DNA of 63,266 nucleotides, counting the filler, from Choristocarpus tenellus KU-1152 (lineage: Eukaryota; Protista; Phaeophyceae): NCBI GenBank assembly GCA_964200185.2. It is 12 parts of 12 records of this genome, joined end to end, with 100 filler letters (N's around TTAATTAATTAA, not from the genome) between each part and the next. Parts side by side here need not be neighbours in the genome. Positions count along the whole stretch, not along the records: positions 22,899 to 29,115 come from CAXNAD020008661.1; positions 29,216 to 38,136 come from CAXNAD020004196.1; positions 38,237 to 42,364 come from CAXNAD020016074.1; 9 more parts are not named here. One strand, 5' to 3'. Position 1 is the first letter of the stretch, and every line of letters starts with the position of its first letter. Made by a program: the position numbers and the translations under genes. Under the pieces are notes generated by a model. That model did no database searches. It was not told the DNA's origin and was given only the letters and a program-made list of their open reading frames with translations. Positions 25,801 to 38,994 of the stretch are shown here, one piece after another.

Positions 25801-28800
25801 GTGTGTGTCTTTGTACAGGGTGTATGTGTTATATATTTGTATGTGTTGAAATAGTATGCGCAACAACAATAGGTACTTCCACTCTTCGTCTTTTATCCCT
25901 ACAACCCCAAATTTCAGTTTCTTGGAAGGGTTTATGAGATGAAAATTCCACCCGTTGACCCCTCAGAGTGTCTGACACCCTCATACATCCACCTCCTCAA
26001 TCCCATCCCGACTCCTCTCATGTTATGTACCATAATTGAACAGGGTGGAAAGGCAATCAAGGATGGTGTGAGGAAACGTGTGATGAAATGGAGACAGGAG
26101 CTCGCCCCTCAATTTTTCCCAGCCTCTTCCCCAGCTCACCTCTCCTCTTCACAGCCGTCTGGCTCCCTCTCCTCTGCCACCTCTTCCTCTATGTCTGTCC
26201 TTACCACCACCTGCACTGCCCCAGTTCCTAGTGCTGTCACCACCAGTCCTGGTACTCACTCAAGGTTGTTGGGAAGGACAGAACGGACATCAGCAACCTG
26301 TGAAGGAGATGGCGGGGGCATTGATGTACTTCCATTCTTGATACCCTTGGCAAGGATGGCACGGCAGTTAGAGGTTGACGCCATTGGCTATGCAACGAGG
26401 TGGGGCAGGGAGGGAGGTAAGGGAAAGGGATTATTGAAAGAAGGTGTACTGAATATACAATGTGATGCGAGGATAAAGCAAGCTTGACCATGGAAGGGAA
26501 CACAAAGATCAACAGAGGGGATCCTGGTTCATGTGATTAGTTTCTTGTGGATGAAGTTGCAACTTGTAGTATTCCAGAGCATTGTATGGGAGTCAAAGTA
26601 GCGAGAGGTACTCAGAGTTGCATTTTGAGGATGTGGGCAAAAATGCGCAGAACTTGACTTTTATTTTCAAATATTTATAGGACATTTCCTAAATCTTGTT
26701 GATATGTTTCAAACAATAGAGACATTAACCCTATCAAGTAAAGGCTAGCACCTCATCCATAGAAATATGGGTGAATTGCAAATATTCAACACTGGCATAT
26801 AATGCAAAACACCCCAAAACTAGGTATCTCTTGTTTATCTTGGCTCTGACCTCACTGAGTGTTTTTGTATGAGCAATGGCTGCGAGGGGTGTGTATGTGA
26901 CTTAGACTGGTTGCAACAAAAGCCGAATAATTCTGAGCGTCACCTGTAAGGATGCGAGAGTAAAGAAATGACATATTTTCTCGTGAGGTGCAACTTGGTC
27001 AGGCAACACAACACTTTTTATCTAAGTAAGTACCTGACTCACTCCCCCAGCCCCAAGCACCACTCCCCTCGCCTCGCTCTCTGCAGCCCAGATATGGGCA
27101 CAAATGCTTATTGTTTCCCTCTTGTCCATTGACATGACTGCAGTCACCAACAACAGGTATCCAGAGCCTTGTGTATGGACCCCTGCCCACCGGGCATGGA
27201 CAGCAGTAAAAAATCACATATTAATAGTGCTATCACTCTGCAAAGTCTCAAAAACACATTGGCTTGGGCACAGGGGGTAGGAAAGGTGTCTGCATTAGGA
27301 ATCTTGGCGGGCGAAGGAGTTGGGTCAGTGTCATTGACTGGGGCAGATTTATGCCATGTCACATGGTTGAGTCTCCATGGTCAAGGGCTACGGGAGATCA
27401 AGGGCCTCAGTACATGCCAGAACCTCCAGACGCTTGTGAGTTGTGGATATATAGAGCAGTGTAGTAGGAGCGACATGGTTCTCCGGTTCATGTATCATGA
27501 TAGGTGACATGGTGATATATTATTTTGGTTGGAACCAGCTTGAGGTGTGCTTTAATACTTGGTTCCTCTGTAAAAAAAAGAAAAAAAGTTCTTGTAAAAT
27601 TTGTGTACATCAAGTAGGGGGGTGTTGAGAAGGAAACAGCTGCATTTCAAGAGGAGAGCATGGCAGCAAATTGTTTGAATCAAACAAGAAGAAAGATATG
27701 AGTGCGTGGGAGGGGTCGAACGGTCTGTATAACTCCAGCAATGCACGAGAGACAGTTAACCTTACGGACTGCCCTTGCTTCATCTCAGAGCATACATAGA
27801 CAGATGGCACACTACTGCTGTCGCTCACAATTGGTCACTGCTATTTTGTGATTATATCATTGAGAGTGGGAGATACAAAAATATGTTCTTTTTCAATACT
27901 GAGGGGTGGGGGATGTTGCCCGGCCAATGCATCGTATTGGTTCTATGTGGCATAATAATACTCCTAAAAAAATTGTATCAATAATAACTACAAAAATGAG
28001 AATAAATAGGAAAATAAGATAAATAAAGAATGTAGAACATTCCAATAACTTGGTGCTGCTTTTAAACGAATATCCCTGGCCTAGTAATCTAATTACCAGC
28101 GGTTCTAACGATGCAAAGCCTTTTCAGTAATCCTGGTATGAATTAAGCATGTAGACCTCATTAACCTTTGCATAATTCTCCTTATTTCTCCTACCCAGAG
28201 TGAAGTCATATCGTGTGCACAACCTAGTCCACTCATATATTAATACACTCAGTATTGACGTAAGTATCAATCGATAAATTGGGGAGCACTGGTGCTATCA
28301 AAGTTGCATCAACCGTATGACTCATGGGATAGTCAAGCAAGTCAACATAAACATCTCACCCCCACCCCCATGCTTGCCCCCCCACTTCCAATTTGTGGAA
28401 AAAGATCCTGAGCTTCAATGATATTTCCAGCTTCAATGACCTGGGTGGACTCCATCACCTGCAATGGCTTGACCTAGGTTACAATGCCTTCAAGGGTGTG
28501 TTTAGACTCCGTTACACTGGAGGCTGCAGGAGCAGGGGGAAGGATATGAACAAGGCAGAAATTCCAGAGGTGGTGAGCGAAAGGAGTAGAATAATACTTA
28601 GGTCTGAAGTTGCAAATGAGAAAATTAGGCCAACAAGTGACTCCTCTGAGCCAGGGAGTGGTTCTCCTGAAGGTGCTGAGGCAGGGAGGGAAGAAGCGTG
28701 CTCAAGACAAGATGAAAGAGAGGATCACAGGGGGTCTAAAGTGGATCCAAGCGGGATAGGGACAAGGGATGGTGAGGGGAATGCAGAAGCATTGCAGCTG

Positions 28801-28860
28801 TTGTCCCTGAAACATCTTGACCTGAACAACAATGCCCTTCACAACTTGGATGACATCAAG
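22899..28860 (+). CDS. LRRC9: LRRC9-like protein (ADP-ribosyltransferase-like domain followed by leucine-rich repeats), internal exons
   Basis: Exons ~22899-23512, ~24065-25273, 26044-~26416, ~27157-27435 and 28405-28860. Motifs VEYLFF, FLKLAEDG, FVLSN, VMVTKVYTG, QEWHVLDEELVFPEYIVEFE, then LRRs VTWLSLHGQGLREIKGLSTCQNLQTL/ILSFNDISSFNDLGGLHHLQWLDLGYN and LKHLDLNNNALHNLDDI. The exon 3/4 junction is uncertain. Confidence 0.75.
26590..26846. mobile_element. MITE family C copy (intronic)
   Basis: GAGTCAAAGTAGCGAGAGGTACTCAG ... CTAGGTATCTCTTGTTTATCTTGGCTC. Confidence 0.8.
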
Positions 28861-29031
28861 GCAAGTCCTTCATACTCCTGGAACCAAAAAGACTCCCTAA
28901 TAATGAACTTTGAATATGAGATTTGAGCGACACTCTCTGCTGCTGTAGGCCACTTCCTCATACTGCTTGTGTGCAAGATGTTCAATTGAACCAATGTTGC
29001 CCTGTATTGACCACATCTTCCTTGCATCTTT

Positions 29032-29115
29032 GACTCAAAGCATCCGGGGGGGGGGGGGGTGGGAGCTGCCATTTGGGGCCAAATTTCTCATACCGCGATT
29101 TTTGGGGGATTTGGT
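29032..29115. mobile_element. MITE family B end, truncated by contig end
   Basis: GACTCAAAGCATCCGGGG..GCCATTTGGGGCCAAATTT..CGCGATTTTTGGGGGATTTGGT. Confidence 0.75.
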
Positions 29116-30263
29116 NNNNNNNNNNNNNNNNNNNNNNNNNNNNNNNNNNNNNNNNNNNNTTAATTAATTAANNNNNNNNNNNNNNNNNNNNNNNNNNNNN
29201 NNNNNNNNNNNNNNNCCCCCCGATTGATATTTAACCTAAAGCACCCATCTATAACCCAACCTTGATCCTCTCCCTTTCTACTCTACACTAATTGCCACCC
29301 AATCCACCCTCTGGTCTTTGCTTCTACAACACGCTCTTCATGTGGAAATCAAGTATGCCATCGGGAAAAGCAATGTGTAGCCAAAAAAAAAACATATTTC
29401 TTTAACCTGAACCCACCTCACCCGGTCCTGTAATTGACTGTGGCAGCTTGAGGATCTACCTCCTTGCCCCTTTTAACCCTGACCCTGTGTAACTTGTGGA
29501 ATAGGGCATTATGCCTCAGCTCTCCTTGAGTTAGAATACTCTGTACAGTACCTAGTGCTGAGATCCCTCACATTGCATTCCCACACTCTCCTTCCCCCCG
29601 GAAGCAGTTAATTATTTTTCAGTTTTTTTTTCTTTTTCCCCTCTCACAACCGCCATACAACTTTATACAAACTGCTCTTAAACGATGTAAGCGCAACACC
29701 ATCTCCCTCTTGTGAATTGCAGTGATTGGATTGCTACAGTGGTAGGATTCAAATCGCAATCATTCAAAACAAAAAAAGTGGTTTTTTTTTTTGCTATCAC
29801 AGCCGCTCTCACAACGCATGAAATACAACGTTCAGCTGCAAAAAAAAAGTATGTTACCCCGAGGGATGCACGCAGCGTGCACTCGCCATTCTTCCGCTTC
29901 CGCTTTTAAAACAGTTTCAGAAAAGAAAAAAAAAGCATGCGCATAAGAAGCAAAAGCCCTCCCAAGATTAACCCTAACCCTAACCCAAGTTTTTATATTT
30001 GAAGCACTATGCACATTAGCTCTGCTTGCTCATTAGAAACAAAGAGCAACAGAGTGACGAAAGCTAAAAAAGTATTTTTAAGAAAGTGAGGGGGGGGGGG
30101 GGGGGGGGGGGGGGAGAATGCAACGACCAGGAGGGAGGGAACACAGCGCTACGAACCAGTGCCNNNNNNNNNNAGGCACAAGAAAAAGAATATAGTATAG
30201 GGGGGGGGGGGGGGGGGGGGGGGTGGGGGGTCAGGCATTCAATGAAGCAGAGAACACACTCAC

Positions 30264-32085
30264 CCGAGCAGATTGCACTGGGTTGATGGCGATGCGTGCA
30301 CCTCTGTTGCTGGTCCGGGAGCAGCCGTAGAACATGTTACTGATTCAGTAGCACCAACCAGAGGGATACAAAAGGACAATGGTGATTGGTCTTGTCGGGC
30401 GGTGAGTATCTTCATTGCATAAGCTGCAGTGATCGTAAGCAGGAAGTTCAGTAAGATGGAAATGACACCAGAGTACAGAAATCTGAAGGTATGCATGCTC
30501 ACCTTCTGAGAGCGAAGGAGACTCCACGAATAAGGTCATCTAGGGGGAAACTGGATTAAAATTCATCATACCTTTATTATATAATCGAATACATGACTCT
30601 TATGTGATACTCCATGAATAAGGTCATTTGGGGGGGGGGGAAGCGGATTACAATTCATCATACTTTTTTTTTATCTAATACGTGACTCTATGTGATAGCA
30701 ATACAACTAGAAATGTGTGCTTTGACTCATACATCACCATGCTGTGATTGTATTGGCAGAAGGGTCTTCAGCACAAATGCGCCAAATATAGAATTTGGAA
30801 GTTGTGTATACTTGTCTACTTCTATGGCTACCAGCAAATGTGTCCCACACATGCATGGAATAACTTATCTGGAGAAGAACCATGGTGAGGAGGTCCCTTG
30901 GGCCATCCCAACTCGGCCCTGAAGGGAATACAGGAATCTAGGTCTAGAGTAGCCCCACCCTCGCAATTTCTCGCCCTCTTCACATCAACAGGTTCAGTCT
31001 CATCTCACAACATGTATATTAAGCAAGAGGTGCATGGATGTAAGGCTTATTACAACAAGAGACGACCACTCTGATTGTACGCATCGTACCTCAACAGCTT
31101 ACCCCACGCCTTAGCTCTTGGCTGTCCCAAGCAAATTTCGAAAGTGACACACTGCGTCAAAATATGGTGTGTAACCTATAGGTGGTCCAATACCGAACTA
31201 CATCAATACTGTTTGGTGCTCACCTGGTGCATTGGTCTGGTGGGGTCAACCCCCAGAGATCGAAGGTTGTAGGTATGTCACCTCCAACTCTTCAAGTGCC
31301 ATGGAAATAGGGGTGACGGGAACAAGGCCAAGTACAATGCAGTCAAGAAACAAGCGGGGATGACGGATGGGTGCTTGCATGGGTGGGTGAATTTACAGTA
31401 GCTGCAGCGGAACTTGGAGGGTAAAAATGTAAACTGTGTAAGGAGTTAGTTTGTCGTGCCTTACTATCGTAGGTGTTGGCTCAGTTATGCTTGCCACAGG
31501 ATAGGAGGGAGGGAGGAAAGGAGAGAGTAAGGGAGATAGGATGGGAAGCGGAGGGTGGTGTAAGGAAGGTAGCTGAGCACGGTGAGCGTATGCGGGGCTG
31601 AAAAAAGTGGATACACTTAGCAAAAGAAAGAACATCTAAACAGCGGTACATCAGGAATGCAAACTACACAATGATGACGTACACCCATACACACAAATGA
31701 TTGCTCACTGGGCGGGACTGAGGTAGTCTTGTGTTAGGGTAGGCTGGATGTACAGCATACCGTCTTCTACGTAGCTGTTGGAGCGGTTGTTCGTGTACAT
31801 CTGGAACTCCCAGTTTCCTCCACCCCTGGGAAGTGTTGTTGCATTACAGTTCAGTTACGGCGGAGGGTAGACATCGAAGAAGGTGTGCCCAAACAATACG
31901 GTGAGAAGGAGTTGCTACGGCGACCAACAACACGACCTCCATATTCGCTCTCATTTTTTTCCGTAACCATGTTGGGTGAGCTCGCTTGTATGGAAGTGAA
32001 ACTTACCCCATAGTGATCTCATGCTTCCAAAAGTTCAGGTTGAAGTCGTTGAACTGCTCGTCGAGGATAAGGACTTCTTGCCCCC
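30264..32085 (-). CDS. GH16 beta-1,3-glucanase (laminarinase / beta-glucan-recognition type), N-terminal exons
   Basis: Phase-consistent exons 32007-32085, 31709-31825, 31224-31289 and 30264-30339 give LILDEQFNDFNLNFWKHEITMGGGGNWEFQMYTNNRSNSYVEDGMLYIQPTLTQDYLSPAQVGGDIPTTFDLWGLTPPDQCTSNMFYGCSRTSNRGARIAINPVQSAR. The start codon and the catalytic ExDxxE exon were not found in this contig. Confidence 0.92.
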
Positions 32086-33599
32086 CTAGTACACAAGGAG
32101 GGAGAAGGTTCGATAAACAACCAGGACCGCCGTATTGTCCAAGCGGGATTCATGTTGTACATATACTATCCTGTTATCCTCTTTGTGGCTATCAGCAATG
32201 CACGTTCTCTACCTCAACTCAGTCGCGCAAGTAACTCCTAACCTGCAGCTCATGCCGGTATTGTGTCACCATTAAAACTGCCATCTTACATGCTCTGCGA
32301 TACTGATCTTCGTTCCCCTGGGATGCACCATAGCAGCGCCAATATGTTGTTCCCAGAACGAGTAGTGCAAGCCGTAACACGGTGTTCATGGTGTATCGCA
32401 GGAGGTGAGGCTGGGCTGAGGAATATACTGAACTTGTGTGGTAGTGGGGTGAGTGGTTTCAACAATGCAACACATTGAAATTGAAAAACAGTATATTCAA
32501 CAGTTGAACCTCACCACTACAAACTACAAACTACAAAACACTCAACTTCCACCTTTACATCCTACATAAAACATAAGTTAATGATTCACACATTACTGAT
32601 ACAATTAAGAAGGTAGTGATACATTAATCGTTGAACTTGCAACAGACCATGATGTCGTTGAACAGTTTAGCAACCAGTCTGTTGTAAAAACGGGTCGTTT
32701 ACGTACGTTGGCATGTAACTTCGTCAAAATGTCATCTTATGTATCTCCATCCCTTTTAACCTGTCTTCAATGAACAAACATTATTCGTCATCTATAAATA
32801 AAAATCATCCTATCCCTTCCAAGCAAACCACCAATGAACTTCTTTTTATTTGTTACAGATGATCACAACTCCTCATAAGTGTTGCAAGTACCCTGATGTG
32901 ACTTTTTCTAGTGATGATCACATGTGTTTGCTGGAAAAACACCTTTAAAGTGTCAGAATTTGTCCGCCAATGGCTAAGATAAGATTCAATACAAAAAAAA
33001 ACATATCGACACTTTATCCCAGTCAATTTTGTGTCAAACCCATCCTCAATGAAAAGCTCCATCCTCAATTTTTGAAATCGGCTGTTATAGGGTTTGCTGG
33101 AAAAACGTAACCTTAGAAGTGTCAGAATTTGTCTTCCAATAACAAAGTAAGGGTTGGGGTCGGTCCATGTTCCAAGGTTTATTCTGGTCGAATCTTCCTT
33201 GACTACTTGTTGTACCTCTTCCTTGTGTACAGTATGCAGTACCACCAAGCATACTATCGATTTTTGTCATTATTGTAATCCTGGAGTGGTATATAGCTCA
33301 GCTGTCATGCTGGTTATCGCACCCTCTCTCTCTCGAACCTTCTCTTGTATTTCCCTCGCAGCGTCGCTCCACAATGGTACCTTACGACCATGTTGCACCT
33401 ATTGTAGTACAGGGAAAGAGTATAGACAGCAGTGCTTACAAGAAACTAACCACACAAAGTTCAGACACAGAGGTGTAAGGATCCACCCACCGTTAATTGA
33501 ATTAAATATAATGAATCAAGGTGTCGCGACATATGCACATTTGGCAAAAATTGATGGAATTTTGAAGAGCAAAGAAAACAATCGATCTAGGTGATCTGG

Positions 33600-34123
33600 A
33601 GCTATACTTATCAATATTGCTGATGGTGGAAGAGATACTTCACTGTACTTATAATACAAAGTCGGTTAGCCTCAACCCCCAAACTGTGGAAGTCTTCAGT
33701 CAATAACCCGTATCCATGGCCCTAATTAATGCACCAACAATGATGGCGGTGGGTTAAGCAATTTGGGCAATAAGGAATGGGAAGTCTTATGGGTCTAGAC
33801 AATCTTCCAGTGATATTGAAAGTTGATCGATAGGAGGACATGGATGATCTCTACGGATGAGGAAGCTGTGCCACAGGCCTGGAAGGCAGTGGTCATCATA
33901 ACATTGCCCCACAAGAAGAAGTATCAGACAGATTGTGATAACTACATTGGCATCTCATGCACAGTAGCTGGAAGATTACCTTAAACGGGAAAGCATACGT
34001 CATGGTTTCCAACCCTACGCTCCAAAGTGGACATGATGTACACTGTGCATGACTTCCAAGAGCTCGAGCGGGAGAAGCATGTAGCTCTATTTGTGTGTTC
34101 TATTGATCTACATAAAGCATATG
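33600..34123 (+). mobile_element. RTE-clade LINE reverse-transcriptase remnant, interrupted by a Copia LTR
   Basis: VPQAWKAVVIITLPHKKKYQTDCDNYIGIS..HGFQP..KVDMMYTVHDFQELEREKHVALFVCSIDLHKAY (RT N-terminal motifs) ends where the LTR begins. The left boundary is approximate. Confidence 0.8.
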
Positions 34124-37100
34124 AGATATGAGTCTATATTAATAAAACATACCCTGGATATTAATTATCCACTGGGCCTTTGTCTTAGCCATCAATTATC
34201 TCTGACATATGACCAAAGACTGACCCATCATACCACTATGCACGTTACTACTATGTATTGTACCGAACTAAAGATCAACGTACGTGAAACCTATGTTATA
34301 TACTTGTATCAGCACAGACAAGGTAAGGATAACACTAGGTTATTCGACATCCTCCCCTTGCTGAAAACAAGTATTTATTCTCAAACAATCACATTAAAAA
34401 AAATGCAATGTACATGTTGTCTTACATGTTCATCAAAAATTTCACATGCTGTCTAAAGACTCGAATCTCTCCTTTGCCAGACAAATCCCTCAGAAAATGA
34501 TGTCGGACATCAATGTGCTTTGTTCTAGTAGAGCTTGTGGCATTTCATACTAGTTTGCATGCACCATCGTTATCCTCAAACATGTCAATGCAACGCCTAG
34601 GAAACTGTGGCTGAATAAACTCAAAAACGCTTCTAAAGAAAAGTAATTCCTGTGCCACACTACTAAGAGCTATGTACTCACTCTCCGTGGAAGACAGAGC
34701 TACAACTCTTTGTACGTTTGACACTCAAGATGTTACTCCTCCAGTCACTGAGAGTGAAAGTATCTTAGAGGGCACGATTTTTGCCCTGTTTGTCCATTTG
34801 GGGCTTGGCTTCCCACAGGTGTTTTATGACATTTTTTCTATTCCGATATGTTTCGGAGTAGGTAAAATTTATACGCTATGAAAAGGTGTGTGCGGAACAA
34901 GGATATTGACGCCTCAAAAAACACGATAGTCAAAATTACATCAAAATCGGAACATTGGATTTTGACACCCAAATGGACGCAGCTCTACCCTCTAAGATAC
35001 TTTGGCTCTGACCTACGATCATTCCAGTCTCCAGCATAACTAGCATCAGCATATCCACTCAACTCACACTCAGTATCAAAACCACCAAAACTCAATCCAA
35101 CATTGGGACACGTATTCAAATACGCTAAAATATATTCCACTGCATGCCAATGTGTGACTTTCGGATTGCTACTGTACTTGGCAACTTCACAAACTGCATT
35201 TGCAATGTCAAGCCTAGTCATAACAGATGCCCACATCAGACTATCAACTGCCTCTCTGTACAGTGTACTTTCATCAACACTTGGATGATTCTCACTTGTC
35301 TAGAGCCCTTGAGAGATCATGGGGTACCGACCTTTTCTTTGCCCCATCCATACCAAATCTTTGACAAACACTCTTAATGTACCTAGTCTAACTGATGGTG
35401 ACAGTCTGTGCGGTTCTGTCACGTGAAATCTCACAACCCATATAATACTCAAGGTCATCAAAATCTTCTATGGAAAACTGCTCTTTGATCCTAGAGCGAA
35501 CCCAAATCAAAACATCTATTTTACATGCTACCAAAAGATCGTCTACGTAGGGGGCTATCACAGCACAAACAACGCCATCTCTTACATAGCGTAATACACA
35601 GGAATCACCTCTGCATTGCTCAAAACCACACTTTTCCAAAACGTGCACCAACAAATTATTAAGTTTCCCTTTCACATTGGCTGTCCTTAGCCTCGTCCAC
35701 TCCATCATCATCATCATCGTTGCTGTCCTCAGTCTCCTCCACAAGTTCACCACTACCCCATGTGTCATCATATTCATCACTATCACCTAGTCCACCTTCA
35801 ATCCAGGTGATTCCATCATCATCACACTCACCCCCCATCTCCTGGATTTCTCTAGTCCTTCTTGAATGTGGAGGAAGGATGTAGCCTGGAGTGTCATCCA
35901 AATCTTCATGATCCCGGTCTAAATCAGAGATTGGAAAACGGACTCTGCCATCCGTGGTGGGGTGCCAATGTATGTTGGCTCGCTGGATTACACGTTTAGT
36001 AGTGAGGTCTAGGACGCGGAAAGTGCCACGGACTTGATTGTCAGATATACCAACCATGATGCACTGTTGCCCACGACTCCCAAGCTTGTTTCCTGGACTA
36101 GACTTGTAGTATCCAGGGGTGCCAAAAGTTGAGACATTCACTAGGGATCCGATTTCCCTATACAAAGCTCGATAAGGGATGGTCCCCTTATTAGCAACAG
36201 TTGTACTTCTGTTGAGGATATAAGCTGAATGGTTGTATTTCTCTCCCCACAACCACATTTTGTTCTCCAATCCTGCAGAATAAATGCTGGTCCTGGCAGC
36301 ACTATCCACTTGGGCGATACGATGTTTGATCACACCATTATACTGGGGTTCCCCTGTCCTATTCATTTCTTGTACCGTACCCATTTCCATTACCAAGTCC
36401 TGGAATTCCTCACTCTGCCACTCACCCCATGGGTCATGCCGAATATATTGAATGTGCCGCCCACTGGGAATTACCTCAGATTTAAACCATCGTCTAAGAG
36501 CCTTTTCTGCATAGCTTTTCTTCTGGAGTAGTCGTATCCAGATAAAGTGAGTTGAACCATCGACAATTGCCAGAGCGTACTCAGCCCCGCCGAGGGATTT
36601 AACTTTCTTCGGTCCTGTGAGGTCAATAAAGATGCGAGTGAAGGGTCCCCTAGCTCGTGCAGTGGTAGATTTTGGGACTGGATCTCTTATCCTTATCCCT
36701 TTTGCGCACCCTATGCACTCTGTTGACGCTAAGTTTCCTGACAGTGTGATTCCTTGCTTACTCTGGTAGCCTTCGAGGAGCTTGCTGACTGTCTCATGCT
36801 TCCTGAGCAGCAGATCTATGCGAAGTCTTGCTGACTCCATTAGCGGGTTCTCGGCTACTTTAGAAGGGTCTATTTTGACGAGGAGAGGAGGATGAGGGGC
36901 AAGCAGTAGTTCAGACACATTCACGTTGAAGTACACACGCCTAGGGCAGACGTGGGCATCATCTGCTACCATCTGTGCCACAATTAAACTGGCTAGGGCA
37001 GCGCACCTGTCCCAGTCGCAGAAACTCTCTTGCCCCAGCGCGTCCTATGTTTACCGTTATGATGAACCCTCAGGACTGACTGAGTGGCGGGATAGCAGAA

Positions 37101-37630
37101 GGGCATAGGATTTAGTCTCCTTTTATCAGCGGCCCACATTGCAGCGCCATGGGACTTTGGCACTGGTATCACCGTCTTGAGCTGTTCTACCGTCTCAACT
37201 CCCAGGCCCCAGATGTCGGCAAACCACCGTAGCAGCGGTTCAACCTCCTCACTCCTGCCGTATCCTATGCACAAAGACGCAGCTTCCATAATCGCCTTAA
37301 GGCAAGCTCCAAAACCCCCTATGAATGCTGGGCCCCTGGGGTCATACATGAAGGGGGACCTAGTGGCTTCATAACCAGTCTTCGGGAATTTCGGAGAGGC
37401 AGATATTGTGGGGAAGTTCTGCACCATAGGGAGGAGTACAGGAGGAGACCTCAAGATACATGTCGAAAGGGAGCGGAGGACCCTGGCATCAAGATATCAT
37501 TGTTGCGCCAGCAGCATCGAGGCCCCCCTCTGTCTCAAACTCGCCATAGCCTTTGTCGATGAACTTCCTCGCGGTAACCAGGGTGTTGAGAAGCTTGGCG
37601 CACATGAGGCTCGTCGCCGGAAGCTAGCAG
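34122..37630 (-). mobile_element. Degenerate Ty1/Copia LTR retrotransposon (gag remnant, integrase, truncated RT, RNase H, PPT, 3' LTR)
   Basis: Integrase in ORF 35659-36981 (CIGCAKG, IFIDLTGP, IVDGSTHF, PQYNGV, SH3-like KLGSRGQQCIMVG); RT with YVDDLL (35388-35680, N-terminal part deleted); RNase H GYADASYAGD..ALSSTESEY..FEDNDGA..RTKHIDVRHHF; PPT ~34350-34360; LTR ~34122-34349. Confidence 0.92.
34752..35008. mobile_element. MITE family A inserted in Copia RNase H
   Basis: TIRs GAGTGAAAGTATCTTAGAGGG / CCCTCTAAGATACTTTGGCTC; TSD TGA; removing the element restores DRRS-VTGG. Confidence 0.92.
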
Positions 37631-37631
37631 T

Positions 37632-38136
37632 TGAATTACATGGTAAAGCACACACTGAATTATTAATTGCCTTTCAACCATTCATCATCACTGACGTGTG
37701 GATTAATGTTGACTTATTATATTACGTATTCTGTATCATACCTAACCAAATATAAACGTACGTATAACCTATGTTGTATACTTGTGTCAGCACAAACAAC
37801 GTAAGGATAACACTAGGTTATTTGACATCCTCCCCTTGCTGAAAACAAGTATTAACTCTCAAACAATCATTAAAAAAAATCAAATCAAATCAAAAACAAA
37901 CGTTGTGTCACATGTTCATCAAAAACTTCACATGTTGTCTAAAAACTCGAACTGACATCTGCCCTCTGGTTTGCTGTACCAACAAAAACAACACGAATCT
38001 CTCCTTTTCTAGATAAATCCCTTGAAAAATGATGTCGGACATCTATGTGCTTTGTTCTAGTAGAGCTTGTGGCATTTCATACTAGTTTGCATGCACCATC
38101 ATTATCCTCAAACAAATCAATGCAACGCCTAGGAAA
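37632..38136 (-). mobile_element. Second related Copia: RNase H 3' end, PPT and LTR
   Basis: 37755-38136 is a diverged copy of ~34270-34605, including GTAAGGATAACACTAGGTTATT(C/T)GACA-TCCTCCCCTTG and RTKHIDVRHHF. Confidence 0.85.
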
Positions 38137-38994
38137 NNNNNNNNNNNNNNNNNNNNNNNNNNNNNNNNNNNNNNNNNNNNTTAATTAATTAANNNNNNNN
38201 NNNNNNNNNNNNNNNNNNNNNNNNNNNNNNNNNNNNCCCCCCCCCACTGCTCCTTCCCCCCCCCTCCCCCCCTTAAGCATTACTACCCTCCCCCCCCCCC
38301 CCCTCCCCGCCCACAATTTCCACATTGCAAGGTCTGCTGAGAAAAATCTAGACCCGCAGTCATCTTTATTCACCGGGAATACACCATGCCCATTCAACCC
38401 ACCACCCCCCAAAATACAAACAAGATTGTTTTCATCCTACACAAATGTACAAGAACCTACACAACCCTGGAGCCTCTTTCACCCACCTCCCCAAACCACG
38501 ATAGCACAATGTACTGGCAATAGTCCAGAATAGGGTTCCCTTCCACCACGCCTGGGGGACAAAACGCTTTCTTTATCTGTCAAATCACAAGCAGGTTTAA
38601 GGGAAGGGGAGGCATTCTTCTTATGACACATTCCTTCCACTGCATCTGTTGTGCTCTCTGTGTGCACTCCAATAAACGTCACAGAACCCCCAACCCTAAC
38701 CCTGACATAGGATTTTTTTCAAGTGATCTACCTTGCAATAGCTGCAATTGCCTAAAGAATAGAGCCAGTCCCATTCAATATCAATGCTTGTAACAAGTCA
38801 AAATACCTCCCTCACCTGGACCTACCCACAACCTTCTCCCTCAAGTTTGCTGAGGCCTGGGGAGACCATGACACAGGCAGAGTTGTCATTATCATTGGGC
38901 ACAAAGCAGTGAATTATGGTGCCTCTTAGCAGGAAAAAGCATTTGAAAAGCAAAGATTCAAACAAGAAAAGGGACTACACACCTTTCTAAGTAC

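Noticed and set aside
30503-30539. Possible small GH16 exon (DLIRGVSFALR)
   Set aside because: The flanking exons join directly to give the conserved CTSNMFYGC, and including it would break the motif and phase.
32925-33135. ~40-bp direct repeat TTTGCTGGAAAAAC..AAGTGTCAGAATTTGTC
   Set aside because: Only two copies, probably the subterminal repeat of an old DNA element, with no definable ends.
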